NCBI GenBank assembly: GCA_963701665.1
Contig: OY969622.1
Span: forward strand, 224,001-288,000
Origin: Candidatus Babeliales bacterium
GTDB lineage: Bacteria > Babelota > Babeliae > Babelales > JANWKD01
Length of the DNA stretch: 64,000 nt
Direction: 5' to 3'
Below, in pieces: positions 29,009-39,337 of the stretch; the first letter of the stretch is position 1, and the number at the start of each line of letters is the position of its first letter. A program made the position numbers and the translations under genes. The notes beneath the pieces were generated by a model. The model saw nothing but the letters and a program-made list of their open reading frames with translations. It was not told where the DNA came from and did not search any database.

Positions 29009-30941
29009 GCATCGGCTTTAATAGTTAGGGACGAAATTTTAAAATTTATGGAGGGGATAAAAAAATGACTATTTCAATAAAGAACATTATTTTTTTAGGT
29101 ATTTTGAGTATTTCATGCGGTATGCCATTGTTTGGTATGGAAGAACGCCGACCATTGCCTGCACAAGAAGTTAGTTTATATACACTATTAAAACTCGATA
29201 ATAATGCGACTGAAGAGCAAATAAAAACTGCATTTACAAATCTTCAAAATGCCCAAATAGAATCGGGCTTTAAAGATGAGGAGAATTTCTTTAGTGTTGC
29301 ACTTGCGTATAAAATTTTATCAAATAATGAGCTGAGAGAATGCTATGATAACTATGGTTATATCGTAGCCTATAATGATTTACGCATGAAAGGATATTCA
29401 CAGAAAGTTGATTTGGAGGTTAAGGCCAAAATAGAAGAATATCAAAATGTACTTCAGAAATCATTGATGAGCATGGATACTTTAACAATACAAATTGATA
29501 CAAAAAAAGTAAATGATTTCTACCAAGCAAATTTGTTTAAGGGCACCCCTGAACTATGTGATACATTGCGCGATTATATAGCACAAAATTACTATAATCT
29601 GGCGCGTGGTTTATATGCTGTTAAATATAAGCGTAATCAAGTGTTAGAATACATTAAGCAAGGATTGAATTTTGCATTAGCTGAGAGTTATTTTTCTAAT
29701 GAATTAAAAGCTCTTCAAAATGAGTTGCAAAATCAAACAAAGTCTCAAACAGAGTTATCACCAGTTGGGTTTCAATGGCACCAATCTCGAGAATCCAAAG
29801 CTTATGTAGATAATCAACGAGAAATAGTTCTTAATTTTCTAAATGATACTAATGCAAAAGTTTTAAATGCATTAAAAGATAAAGAAGCTTTCGAAACGCC
29901 AACAACGTTTTGTAAAAAAATATATGAATACTTAGATGCATTAGCGAACTATGATGTGCAAGTGGATTTAAAAAATGATCTTGTTTTTTTACGTAAGCGC
30001 TATATGTGCGGTGAATTTACCTATAAAGCAGCCGAAAAATTACGTAAAATGTCACAAGGCACCATCTGGTATAGCTATGGATTACAGCATAGAAAAATAT
30101 TATGCCAAAAGGCATTAGGTCATATTTTGTGTTTACAAAATCTCAATAAATATAGAAATACAAAGCGTAGTATAGAAAGCGATATTGTAAAGATACAAGG
30201 ACTTTTAGATTCATGGTATACGCAGGGTGGCTGTTTGCTTGATTTCTTTATAAATCCTGAAATACCGCTAAATCTTTGTAAAGATGTATGGGCAACTATG
30301 ATCGATGATATTGGAAGATTTAGCGTTGAAACACAAGATGTAATGCTCGATTGTACCTATCAATTGACACGACGATGTTCGAGTGAGCATTATTATGATG
30401 AAATTATAGATATAAGTTCAAAAGCCTTGGCAAATCAGTATATACAATCTAGGGTTGATTTTGTTGCTCGATATAAACACCTTATCGATAGTATATTCAA
30501 TGAAGTCTTTGATACGTGCCGCCGTGGATTGCGCACAAAGCATGAAAACAAAGTTTCAGCTGAGACTTTGGCTGACCATATTATTCAAAATTATTTTACA
30601 ATCCAACATATGTCATCACAATCTATCAAAACAATGTTTGAGGATATTCTTTTAATATATACGCAGCGGCTTGAACCTGAAATGAAATGGGATAAAATGT
30701 ATGAATTAGCAAAAAGCTGCTTAACTTTTGATAAGTGGCCTCAACACATTCAGATACATAGACTTTTTATAACGATGCGTACGTTTAAGGCTCGGTATGA
30801 AACGTTAAAAGCTCGAGGGCGTATATAAGCATCGGCTTTAATAGTTAGGGACGAAATTTTAAAATTTATGAGGGGGATAAAAAAAATGACTATTTCAATA
30901 AAGAACATTATTTTTTTAGGTATTTTAAGTATTTCATGCGG
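29006..30941 (+). repeat. ~115-bp direct repeat (29006-29120 and 30826-30941) covering the intergenic region, RBS and signal peptide
   Basis: TAAGCATCGGCTTTAATAGTTAGGGACGAAATTTTAAAATTTATG...ATGACTATTTCAATAAAGAACATTATT is near-identical in both copies. Confidence 0.9.
29065..30828 (+). CDS. Secreted J-like protein 4 (no HPD), close paralog of protein 3
   Basis: SLYTLLKL..NATEEQIKTAF...AYKILSN.ELRECYD; long stretches near-identical to 27266-29008. Confidence 0.8.
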   Translation: MTISIKNIIFLGILSISCGMPLFGMEERRPLPAQEVSLYTLLKLDNNATEEQIKTAFTNLQNAQIESGFKDEENFFSVALAYKILSNNELRECYDNYGYIVAYNDLRMKGYSQKVDLEVKAKIEEYQNVLQKSLMSMDTLTIQIDTKKVNDFYQANLFKGTPELCDTLRDYIAQNYYNLARGLYAVKYKRNQVLEYIKQGLNFALAESYFSNELKALQNELQNQTKSQTELSPVGFQWHQSRESKAYVDNQREIVLNFLNDTNAKVLNALKDKEAFETPTTFCKKIYEYLDALANYDVQVDLKNDLVFLRKRYMCGEFTYKAAEKLRKMSQGTIWYSYGLQHRKILCQKALGHILCLQNLNKYRNTKRSIESDIVKIQGLLDSWYTQGGCLLDFFINPEIPLNLCKDVWATMIDDIGRFSVETQDVMLDCTYQLTRRCSSEHYYDEIIDISSKALANQYIQSRVDFVARYKHLIDSIFNEVFDTCRRGLRTKHENKVSAETLADHIIQNYFTIQHMSSQSIKTMFEDILLIYTQRLEPEMKWDKMYELAKSCLTFDKWPQHIQIHRLFITMRTFKARYETLKARGRI

Positions 30942-32745
30942 CATATCATTATTTGGTATGGAAGAACGCCGGCCGACGGAAGCGGTTAGTTTATATGAAT
31001 ATTTAAGCGTTAAGAATGATGCTACTGCTCAGGATCTGGATATGGCTTACAAAGCACTTGAAGATGAGGAAATAAGATCGGGATTTAAAACTTTGGATTA
31101 TTTTTTCGACGCTGTTCAAGCTTATAAAATTTTATCGGATAATGAGCTGAAACAAGTATATGATCAGCATGGCTATGCATCAGCATATAATCAATTGATC
31201 CTTAAAGGCTATCCTCAAAAAATTGATGAGGATGTGCAGAGCCGGATGAAAAAATATCAATATGAACTTAAAAATAATCCGAAAGATACAGTTTCCTTTC
31301 AAGATAGTACAAAAAAGGTGAATGCATACTATCAAGCACAATTGTTTATGGGCACTCGAGCCTTATGCAATGAACTGCGCAGAGTTATAGCGCAAAACTG
31401 CTATGATCTTGCGCGTTTTCTTTATGGTATTCAATTGTGTAGACACATACGTGCCTACGAAGTACAGCAAGGCATTCAAATATGCGCCTATATTGACGAA
31501 GGATTACGTTTTGCTCTATCCGATAGCCCTCTTGTGCGTGAGTTAGCAAGTTTAAGAAAAAAAATTACTGATCGGGCAGAACAAAGCATGAAAAAGATCG
31601 AAGATGGGAAGGGTATATTGGTTATACCAAGAAAAAACTTTTATATCTATGAATCTTCTGAAATCAAAAAACGTAAAATAAAGGAAAAGGATGATACAAA
31701 AAAAGTTGCTCGTAAACAGAAACAGAGCAAATCTCCACGGCTTGAAAAAGTAGATGATGAACAAAAAAATAAAGCAAAAACATCATTCTCAGATAAACTA
31801 AAAATAATGGGATTATTGGAAAATAACAATAAAAATCTTGCTTATATTCTAGAAAATATGCCCCCTGCGTGGACACCTAAGATGCTTTTTGAAAAAATAT
31901 GTGAAGTTTCGGAGCGACGCGATAATAATGATGATACAATGAATTTATTGCAACATGATCCTGATATTGTACGTGCCCGTTTTATAGGTGGCCAGTTACT
32001 ACAACGTGCTGCTAAAAAACTATTTGAAAAGTCGCAGAGAACTCCGTGGGTTTATTATGGATTGCAACGAGCAAAAATTTTATGTCAGAAAGCATTAGAT
32101 CATATCTCATTAGCACAAGGTATCAATGAATATAATGATATGCATACGCACATACAAAATGAGCTTGCCGTTATACAGAAACGTTTGAATACATGGTATG
32201 GGCAAAAGAAAGCTGTGTATGATTTCTTTAATCTCGATATACCACTGGATATTTGCAAAGATGTCTTGATAGGTTTAATCAATGATGCTGAAACATTAGA
32301 TGATCAAACTCGGAACACTGTATTTATTTGTGTCAATCTATTAGCAATAAGATATATCTCGGATGGTCGTTATTTTGATGCCCTTGCTCTTATTAACAAT
32401 GCTTTAGAAAAATCCTACGCGCAATCAACTGATGCTTTTGAAAAATGCATAAAGCTGAAAAGCTCTATAGAAGATCAAATTAGCAGATTTCAAAGACTAT
32501 TTAATGGTTCATCTGATGAAAATTTTGATATGTCAGATAAGTTTCTATCGGAAATGTTTGCTGATATCATTTCAATATATACACGATTTGAGCGTAATAA
32601 AAAATTTGATAAAATGTATGATTTAGCAAAAAAGTGTTTAACTTTTGATAGATGGCCTCAATCCGTTCGTGAACATAAGCTCTTTACAACAATGCAAAGC
32701 TTCAGTGCCACATACGAAATGAAAAAAGCCCAAGGGCGTATATAA
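30886..32745 (+). CDS. Secreted J-like protein 5 (no HPD) with a basic central insert
   Basis: Same MTISIKNII...LFG-MEERR leader as protein 4 (start set at 30886); J-like domain; shared C-terminus CLTF.RWP....H.LFTTM. Confidence 0.8.
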   Translation: MTISIKNIIFLGILSISCGISLFGMEERRPTEAVSLYEYLSVKNDATAQDLDMAYKALEDEEIRSGFKTLDYFFDAVQAYKILSDNELKQVYDQHGYASAYNQLILKGYPQKIDEDVQSRMKKYQYELKNNPKDTVSFQDSTKKVNAYYQAQLFMGTRALCNELRRVIAQNCYDLARFLYGIQLCRHIRAYEVQQGIQICAYIDEGLRFALSDSPLVRELASLRKKITDRAEQSMKKIEDGKGILVIPRKNFYIYESSEIKKRKIKEKDDTKKVARKQKQSKSPRLEKVDDEQKNKAKTSFSDKLKIMGLLENNNKNLAYILENMPPAWTPKMLFEKICEVSERRDNNDDTMNLLQHDPDIVRARFIGGQLLQRAAKKLFEKSQRTPWVYYGLQRAKILCQKALDHISLAQGINEYNDMHTHIQNELAVIQKRLNTWYGQKKAVYDFFNLDIPLDICKDVLIGLINDAETLDDQTRNTVFICVNLLAIRYISDGRYFDALALINNALEKSYAQSTDAFEKCIKLKSSIEDQISRFQRLFNGSSDENFDMSDKFLSEMFADIISIYTRFERNKKFDKMYDLAKKCLTFDRWPQSVREHKLFTTMQSFSATYEMKKAQGRI

Positions 32746-32762
32746 ACCTGCTAAATACAATC

Positions 32763-33362
32763 TTAAGAACTGCTTTCTTTCTTTAACAAGGTAATACCCT
32801 TTTTCATCGTGGTACATTCTTGATCATAACCCCAACGGAAGAACCATGCAAAAGAAGATGCCCATGTATCACAATTTTTACATTTAATACCAGGAATAAC
32901 CTTTTTAGAATTAGCACTGTAACGTGCTTCTAAAATTTCAAAAGGTGTATAGGCAGATGTTTTAGCTTTCTCATTTGGGTGTGCATTAAATTTTTGGAAT
33001 GCTTCTAAGATATTGGGATCAATTCGTTCATATTCTATGTAATCAGTAAACATTTGCTGAACAACATCAGGATATTTTTGTGCTATTTCATTTAATTTCA
33101 GGCTTAACGTATCATCTTTTTCAGGTGAATATGCATCCCACCACATAAGGTTAAACCATACATAAGGATTTATTTTCATGGCACCAACTATGGTTTCTGC
33201 ATTTATGTTCTGATAGAGAGCCTGTATCTCTGAACAGTTGCGATAAGCTTTAGCTTTATGACTTGAGAATAAAAATTGTTCAAGATCAGTTTTACAAGAA
33301 GATGATGCATGAAAACTAAAAATCGTAAGCAAGGCAGCACTAGCTATAATGCGTGATTTCAT
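32763..33362 (-). CDS. Small secreted protein, member of the post-groEL paralog family
   Basis: AAGGA RBS before MKSRII; AHPNEK...YTPFEILE; C-terminal C..W...DQEC. Confidence 0.7.
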   Translation of the reverse strand: MKSRIIASAALLTIFSFHASSSCKTDLEQFLFSSHKAKAYRNCSEIQALYQNINAETIVGAMKINPYVWFNLMWWDAYSPEKDDTLSLKLNEIAQKYPDVVQQMFTDYIEYERIDPNILEAFQKFNAHPNEKAKTSAYTPFEILEARYSANSKKVIPGIKCKNCDTWASSFAWFFRWGYDQECTTMKKGITLLKKESSS

Positions 33363-33404
33363 AGGTATTTCCTTTATGTAAAACTTTTTGCACATGTGCA
33401 TAAC

Positions 33405-33437
33405 AAAAGAGCTCGCATCATTGCGAGCCCTTTTTTT
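33405..33437 (-). terminator. Intrinsic terminator (copy of the groEL-type hairpin)
   Basis: GCTCGCA-TCAT-TGCGAGC stem between A and T tracts. Confidence 0.7.
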
Positions 33438-33474
33438 GATATAAAATTACCATAAATAATTAACACATGCCACA

Positions 33475-33834
33475 CTATTTTAAATGTTGTCCTGGCATAT
33501 TTATTGAATAATAAGAGATTGCTGCTTGGATGAGCCAACGATTTTCTTTATAGATGTAGGCAATTGCTTGGGGAACTATGTCTGAGCGATACGGGAGATC
33601 CATACACACCATACCAAGGTAACACACAGCGCTAGGCGTGAGGCGGCTCAATATTTCTTTTTTATTATCCAATATTACTGACGATGGTAGATGACTCCTC
33701 TCGTCATCTGAAAGTCGAGAAGCTAAAAAGCGAAGAATTTCTTCTTCACTAAATTGTGCAGTTTCTTGTGATGCACTGATGATTGAAGCTGAGCTAATCG
33801 TGAGGAGCAGTAAAAAAAGTTTTTTAAAGTTCAT
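33475..33834 (-). CDS. Small secreted protein, shortened paralog of 33858-34433
   Basis: MNFKKLFLLLL leader; EEEILRFLA vs ENAILQFLA; QAIAYIY..LIQAA vs QSLRYVY..LLQQA. Confidence 0.65.
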   Translation of the reverse strand: MNFKKLFLLLLTISSASIISASQETAQFSEEEILRFLASRLSDDERSHLPSSVILDNKKEILSRLTPSAVCYLGMVCMDLPYRSDIVPQAIAYIYKENRWLIQAAISYYSINMPGQHLK

Positions 33835-33857
33835 AAGATATTCCTTAATTATTGTAT

Positions 33858-34433
33858 CTATTTTTCCAAACATGAAAGGCTTTCTCCAAGCGCTTTACAT
33901 TCACGGCTTTTTCCAAAAATCTTGCTCCATGTGCCGTTACAGTTGTGTGATTTTTCATGTGCTGCCAGTTTGTCTTTTAATGTAACTTCTTGGCCTTCTA
34001 GTTTCTCATCGAATTTCACACCTGCTGCAGAAAATATTTTAATAATCCTGGCATCAACTGCGCCTTGAACAATGTAAAGATCGGCTGCCTGCTGTAGTAA
34101 TTCAGGTTTTTTATAATAAACATAACGTAATGATTGGCATACAAATCGCTGTGTTCTTTCATCCAGACCAAAACCAGTTGCAAGTAAAGCTAAGCCGTAA
34201 ACCTTTTCCGGGTGAACAGCATTTAAAAGTTCTTCTTTGGGTTTGTGGAAAAAAGCTTCACCAGCGAGAAATTGAAGAATAGCATTTTCTCGGTCTAAAA
34301 CTTCTTCTTTAGTCGCTGTATCAAAGACGCGCTTCCATACATTATCGAACTCTTCTAATTTTTGTTTTTGTGCTTCTACTTTTAGGAACAGTAAGCATAC
34401 TAAAAAAGTAAAGGCTATTTTTTGAAAATTCAT
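33858..34433 (-). CDS. Small secreted protein, post-groEL paralog family
   Basis: MNFQKIAF signal peptide; C-terminal HNCNGTW...REC. Confidence 0.7.
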   Translation of the reverse strand: MNFQKIAFTFLVCLLFLKVEAQKQKLEEFDNVWKRVFDTATKEEVLDRENAILQFLAGEAFFHKPKEELLNAVHPEKVYGLALLATGFGLDERTQRFVCQSLRYVYYKKPELLQQAADLYIVQGAVDARIIKIFSAAGVKFDEKLEGQEVTLKDKLAAHEKSHNCNGTWSKIFGKSRECKALGESLSCLEK

Positions 34434-34459
34434 GAGTTATATCTTTCGTATGTGTTGAG

Positions 34460-34496
34460 AAAAGAAGGCCCTGCTCATACTGCGAGCCTTCTTTTT
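34460..34496 (-). terminator. Degenerate copy of the groEL-type terminator
   Basis: AAAAGAAGGC...TGCGAGCCTTCTTTTT. Confidence 0.6.
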
Positions 34497-34506
34497 ATTT
34501 TTTTCG

Positions 34507-35136
34507 TTATTTCTTTGGTTGCTGATTCATGCGGTTAAGAGTTCTTCTTATTTTTGAGCATTCTTGATCTGGAAACCAAGGATTTGGATTGCACTTGTGT
34601 AGTAATGAATGAAGATCTTTCATTTTTCTTGCTCCAAAGGCTACTTCTAAAAGTTCTTTTGGGCTATACCCTAGATGATCGTCAGTTACTTTATTCTTTA
34701 GATTGGGATTTGCTTCTGCATCTAAAAGAATCCTTACGATTATTTCATTAAAAAGATCTTCATCCTCATAGAGGTTTGGGTACCTGAGTTTATCAATATT
34801 AATCGCACTATGCAGTAATGTGTTGCCGTATTCATCAGTGAGACTGGCATCTTTTGGATTTCTGTTAATTAAATAACGAAAAGCTTCTACAACTTTGGGT
34901 TTATCTGTTTCATCTACATTGCGTGCCAAAATAGCTAATTTATAGAGAAGCGGGAATCTGTTAAAACCGTACACACGGCGAGAATTTGAATCTTTAACGC
35001 GATCCAAAAACTCATTTAATTCTTGTTCATTGGCAAAATGAGTAAACGTAAACGTAGCATTGTTAGCTTCTACCGCTTTTAGAGAAATAGTTGCTCCTGT
35101 AACTAACAGTGCCAAAAACATTTTTTTGAAATGCAT
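34507..35136 (-). CDS. Secreted ankyrin-like protein, post-groEL paralog family
   Basis: DEYGNTLLHSA...IVRILLDAEANPNLKN...SPKEL; C-terminal HKC...W..DQEC. Confidence 0.75.
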   Translation of the reverse strand: MHFKKMFLALLVTGATISLKAVEANNATFTFTHFANEQELNEFLDRVKDSNSRRVYGFNRFPLLYKLAILARNVDETDKPKVVEAFRYLINRNPKDASLTDEYGNTLLHSAINIDKLRYPNLYEDEDLFNEIIVRILLDAEANPNLKNKVTDDHLGYSPKELLEVAFGARKMKDLHSLLHKCNPNPWFPDQECSKIRRTLNRMNQQPKK

Positions 35137-35165
35137 AGTAAATCCTTTATGGTAAAGTGTATTTC

Positions 35166-35207
35166 AAAAAGAAGGCTCGCAAATTACTGCGAGCCCTTCT
35201 TTTTTTT
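35166..35207 (-). terminator. groEL intrinsic terminator
   Basis: AGAAGGCTCGCA-loop-TGCGAGCCCTTCT with T tracts, about 20 nt past the groEL stop. Confidence 0.8.
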
Positions 35208-35226
35208 GTACGCGGAAAATTAAAAA

Positions 35227-36910
<1,684 letters not shown>

Positions 36911-36914
36911 TTAC

Positions 36915-37205
36915 TTATTTAACAATGCCTAAAATTTCAGGTTCCCCAATAATGAGATAGTCGCTTCCTAGCTCAGTGCCCGCATATTTGCCGAAGAAAA
37001 TGATATCGCCAGCTTTGACTGCGAGAGGGATTGTTTTTCCTTCGGGAGTAGTGCGCCCAGGCCCAACTGCAAGAACGGTGGCCTTTTGCCCTTTTTCTTT
37101 AGCGGCATCAGGGATGAATAAGCCGCCGGGGGTCATAGCTTCGGTTTCAAGACGTTTTACGAGAACTCTGTCATTGAGCGGTTGCATCTTATCAAATTCT
37201 GACAT
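36915..37205 (-). CDS. groS: Co-chaperonin GroES
   Basis: [10 protein letters not shown]...[14 protein letters not shown]...AVGPG...KYAGTE; AGGAGG RBS. Confidence 0.95.
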   Translation of the reverse strand: MSEFDKMQPLNDRVLVKRLETEAMTPGGLFIPDAAKEKGQKATVLAVGPGRTTPEGKTIPLAVKAGDIIFFGKYAGTELGSDYLIIGEPEILGIVK

Positions 37206-37375
37206 GTGCTCCTCCTATCTTTAAAAAAAGGAAAAAAATTGTACGAAAAATTTTACTAAAAAATAATGTGTTTTTACCCATAAAAAATAGTATACAATAA
37301 AAAAGAACTAATTCAATGCCTACAGTATGAGACTCAGATTTTTTATCTGCGATATGTAGGGAATTTGAGTCTCAT

Positions 37376-37887
37376 ACGCCTATGCTCCACAGGGGTAGCA
37401 ATGACATATTGGCGCATATTCGTCATTCCGAGCGTTAGCGTGGGAATCTAATAATAAAATATAATCCTTATAGTTTACAAATTTGTTCATATAAATCTTC
37501 CCAATAAGGATTATTAGACATAATAAGTGATATTTTTTTTGTTCTTGAACTATCTTTAATCTGTTTTTCTCGAATAATTGCATTTGGCATATCGCTATAT
37601 AGTTCATAATAAATTAATAGTTTGCAAGCATAACGGCTTGTGAACCCTTGAACTAAATTATTTTTATGTTGAAATACTCTTTGTATCAGATTAGAAATTA
37701 CGCCTATATACAGGGTTCCATTACGTTTATTTGTCATAACATAAACAGCTGGCTGTTTCATTGTAGTTTTTTTAATATGAATTTACTAAATTTTGGATTA
37801 CCACGCTCATGCTCCGCATGGCTCGTAATGACACATTGGCGCATATTCGTCACTCCGAGTGTTAGTATGGGAATCCAATAATAAAAT
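37376..37887. repeat. 85-bp direct repeats (37376-37460 and 37803-37887) flanking a GIY-YIG gene, each built of a right and a left palindrome half
   Basis: ...AATGACA(T/C)ATTGGCGCATATTCGTCA(T/C)TCCGAG...GGGAATC(T/C)AATAATAAAAT in both copies. Confidence 0.85.
37468..37761 (-). CDS. GIY-YIG nuclease family protein (~95-aa standalone type)
   Basis: AVYVMTNKRNGTLYIGV.SNL..RV.QHK...GFT.RY...AI.REKQIK...NP.W.DL. Confidence 0.9.
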   Translation of the reverse strand: MKQPAVYVMTNKRNGTLYIGVISNLIQRVFQHKNNLVQGFTSRYACKLLIYYELYSDMPNAIIREKQIKDSSRTKKISLIMSNNPYWEDLYEQICKL

Positions 37888-37892
37888 TTTCA

Positions 37893-38348
37893 TTAGTCTT
37901 TGCAACAAAAATCTTTGTCATTCTTTGGCGATTGGCAGCAGCCGGCATTTTTTTCTGCCTCTTCTGCTGCTCTTTTAATAGCAGCTTTAAGCTTTTCAGG
38001 GGTAGGTTGATACAAATCCAAAATGTTATTGCCCGGATCTCTAAAGCTTAAAATAATGCCATGGACTGCCTCAACAGGTTCACTCAAAAACTCAATGCCA
38101 GAATCTTTGTGGGCGAGATAAAATTCTTCTACATCAGGAACCTCTAATACAATCCCTGTGCGTCGTTCTGGTAACTCCTGACTTGTTTGTGCCAGGCCCA
38201 TTTTGACGCCGTTAATATCAAATTCTGCCCATCGATTACTACTATGAAAATTGAGCCTGAGCCCTAAACTTTGGTAAAATGCCACTGCCCTGGCAATGTC
38301 ATTTTCCATTAATATGAACATATTGACTGAAATTGGTTGATGAGTCAT
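37893..38348 (-). CDS. VOC/glyoxalase-family protein
   Basis: DIARAVAFYQSLG...LEVPDVE...FRDPGNN; Cys-pair tail. Confidence 0.8.
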   Translation of the reverse strand: MTHQPISVNMFILMENDIARAVAFYQSLGLRLNFHSSNRWAEFDINGVKMGLAQTSQELPERRTGIVLEVPDVEEFYLAHKDSGIEFLSEPVEAVHGIILSFRDPGNNILDLYQPTPEKLKAAIKRAAEEAEKNAGCCQSPKNDKDFCCKD

Positions 38349-38477
38349 GACAGCACTTTCGCTAGACGTCTATGAGAAGTATACTGTTTCTTAGTCTAAC
38401 AAAATTTTCTTATAATGTTTATGAAAGCGTCGTTTTATAATTAAAAAACGCTCTTTGTTAAATAATTAAAAAAAGAG

Positions 38478-39143
38478 ATGAGCATGAAAACGATAAAAAT
38501 ATTCCCTTCTTTAGTTGCGGCAGATCCTTTACACCTTGCACAAGTTATCAGTACGTTGGAGCCGTATTGTGATGGATTTCACCTTGATATAATGGATAAT
38601 CATTTTGTGCCGAATCTGACCTGGGGCCCCCTGGTAGTGAACGCCATTAGTGCTTATACCAAAAAAACGCTCTTCGTTCATATAATGGCTGATCAACCTG
38701 AAAAAATTATTAAAAAGTTGATGTTGCGTCCTAATGATATCGTCGCTTTTCACTCAGAATCAAAAAATGATTTTTTTTTAATAAATAATATCATAAAAGA
38801 AAAAAAAGCGATGAGCTCGCTTGCCATTAGCCCCAAAATTGAGCTAGAAGAAATTTTTCCCTATCTTAAAGATGTCAACCAAGTTTTACTTATGTCTGTG
38901 CAACCTGGCTTCTCTGGACAACTCTTTTTGAAAGATTCGATTGAGAGGCTCAAAGCGTTGGTTGCCTATAAACGAGAAAAGGAACTTACTTTTTTAATTG
39001 GCATGGATGGAGGCATTAATGAAGACAACATCCATGAACTTGCCAAAGAAGGATGTACCATCTTTGCAATTGCATCCGCGATATTTTCCAAAGCAGACGC
39101 GCGTAGTGCGCTTAAGAATTTATATGCGCGCGCGCAGCATTGA
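38478..39143 (+). CDS. rpe: Ribulose-phosphate 3-epimerase
   Basis: HLDIMDNHFVPNLTWG, LLMSVQPGFSGQ, DGGIN. Confidence 0.92.
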   Translation: MSMKTIKIFPSLVAADPLHLAQVISTLEPYCDGFHLDIMDNHFVPNLTWGPLVVNAISAYTKKTLFVHIMADQPEKIIKKLMLRPNDIVAFHSESKNDFFLINNIIKEKKAMSSLAISPKIELEEIFPYLKDVNQVLLMSVQPGFSGQLFLKDSIERLKALVAYKREKELTFLIGMDGGINEDNIHELAKEGCTIFAIASAIFSKADARSALKNLYARAQH

Positions 39144-39210
39144 AGCTCATCCGAAAATATTCAATATTAGGGAAGTGGCGCCTAGGAAAATGCATATTGA
39201 AAACAAAGTT

Positions 39211-39309
39211 GTCATTGCGAGCGAATGCGTGGCAATCCAATTATAAAATTAGTTCCTTTAAGGAATTAATTTTATAATTGGATTGCCACGGCTAAAGCCT
39301 CGGGATGAC
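39211..39309. repeat. GTCAT...ATGAC palindromic element (MITE/RPE-like)
   Basis: GTCATTGCGAGCGAATGCGTGGCAATCCA, palindromic AT core, TGGATTGCCACGGCTAAAGCCTCGGGATGAC. Confidence 0.9.
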
Positions 39310-39337
39310 ATTCTTGTATTATTGTAAATTCCTTAGC

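Noticed and set aside
32763..35226. Integron cassette array (hairpin + gene units)
   Set aside because: The hairpins are short GC stems with T tracts, lack attC RYYYAAC/GTTRRRY ends, the genes are paralogs, and there is no tyrosine integrase.
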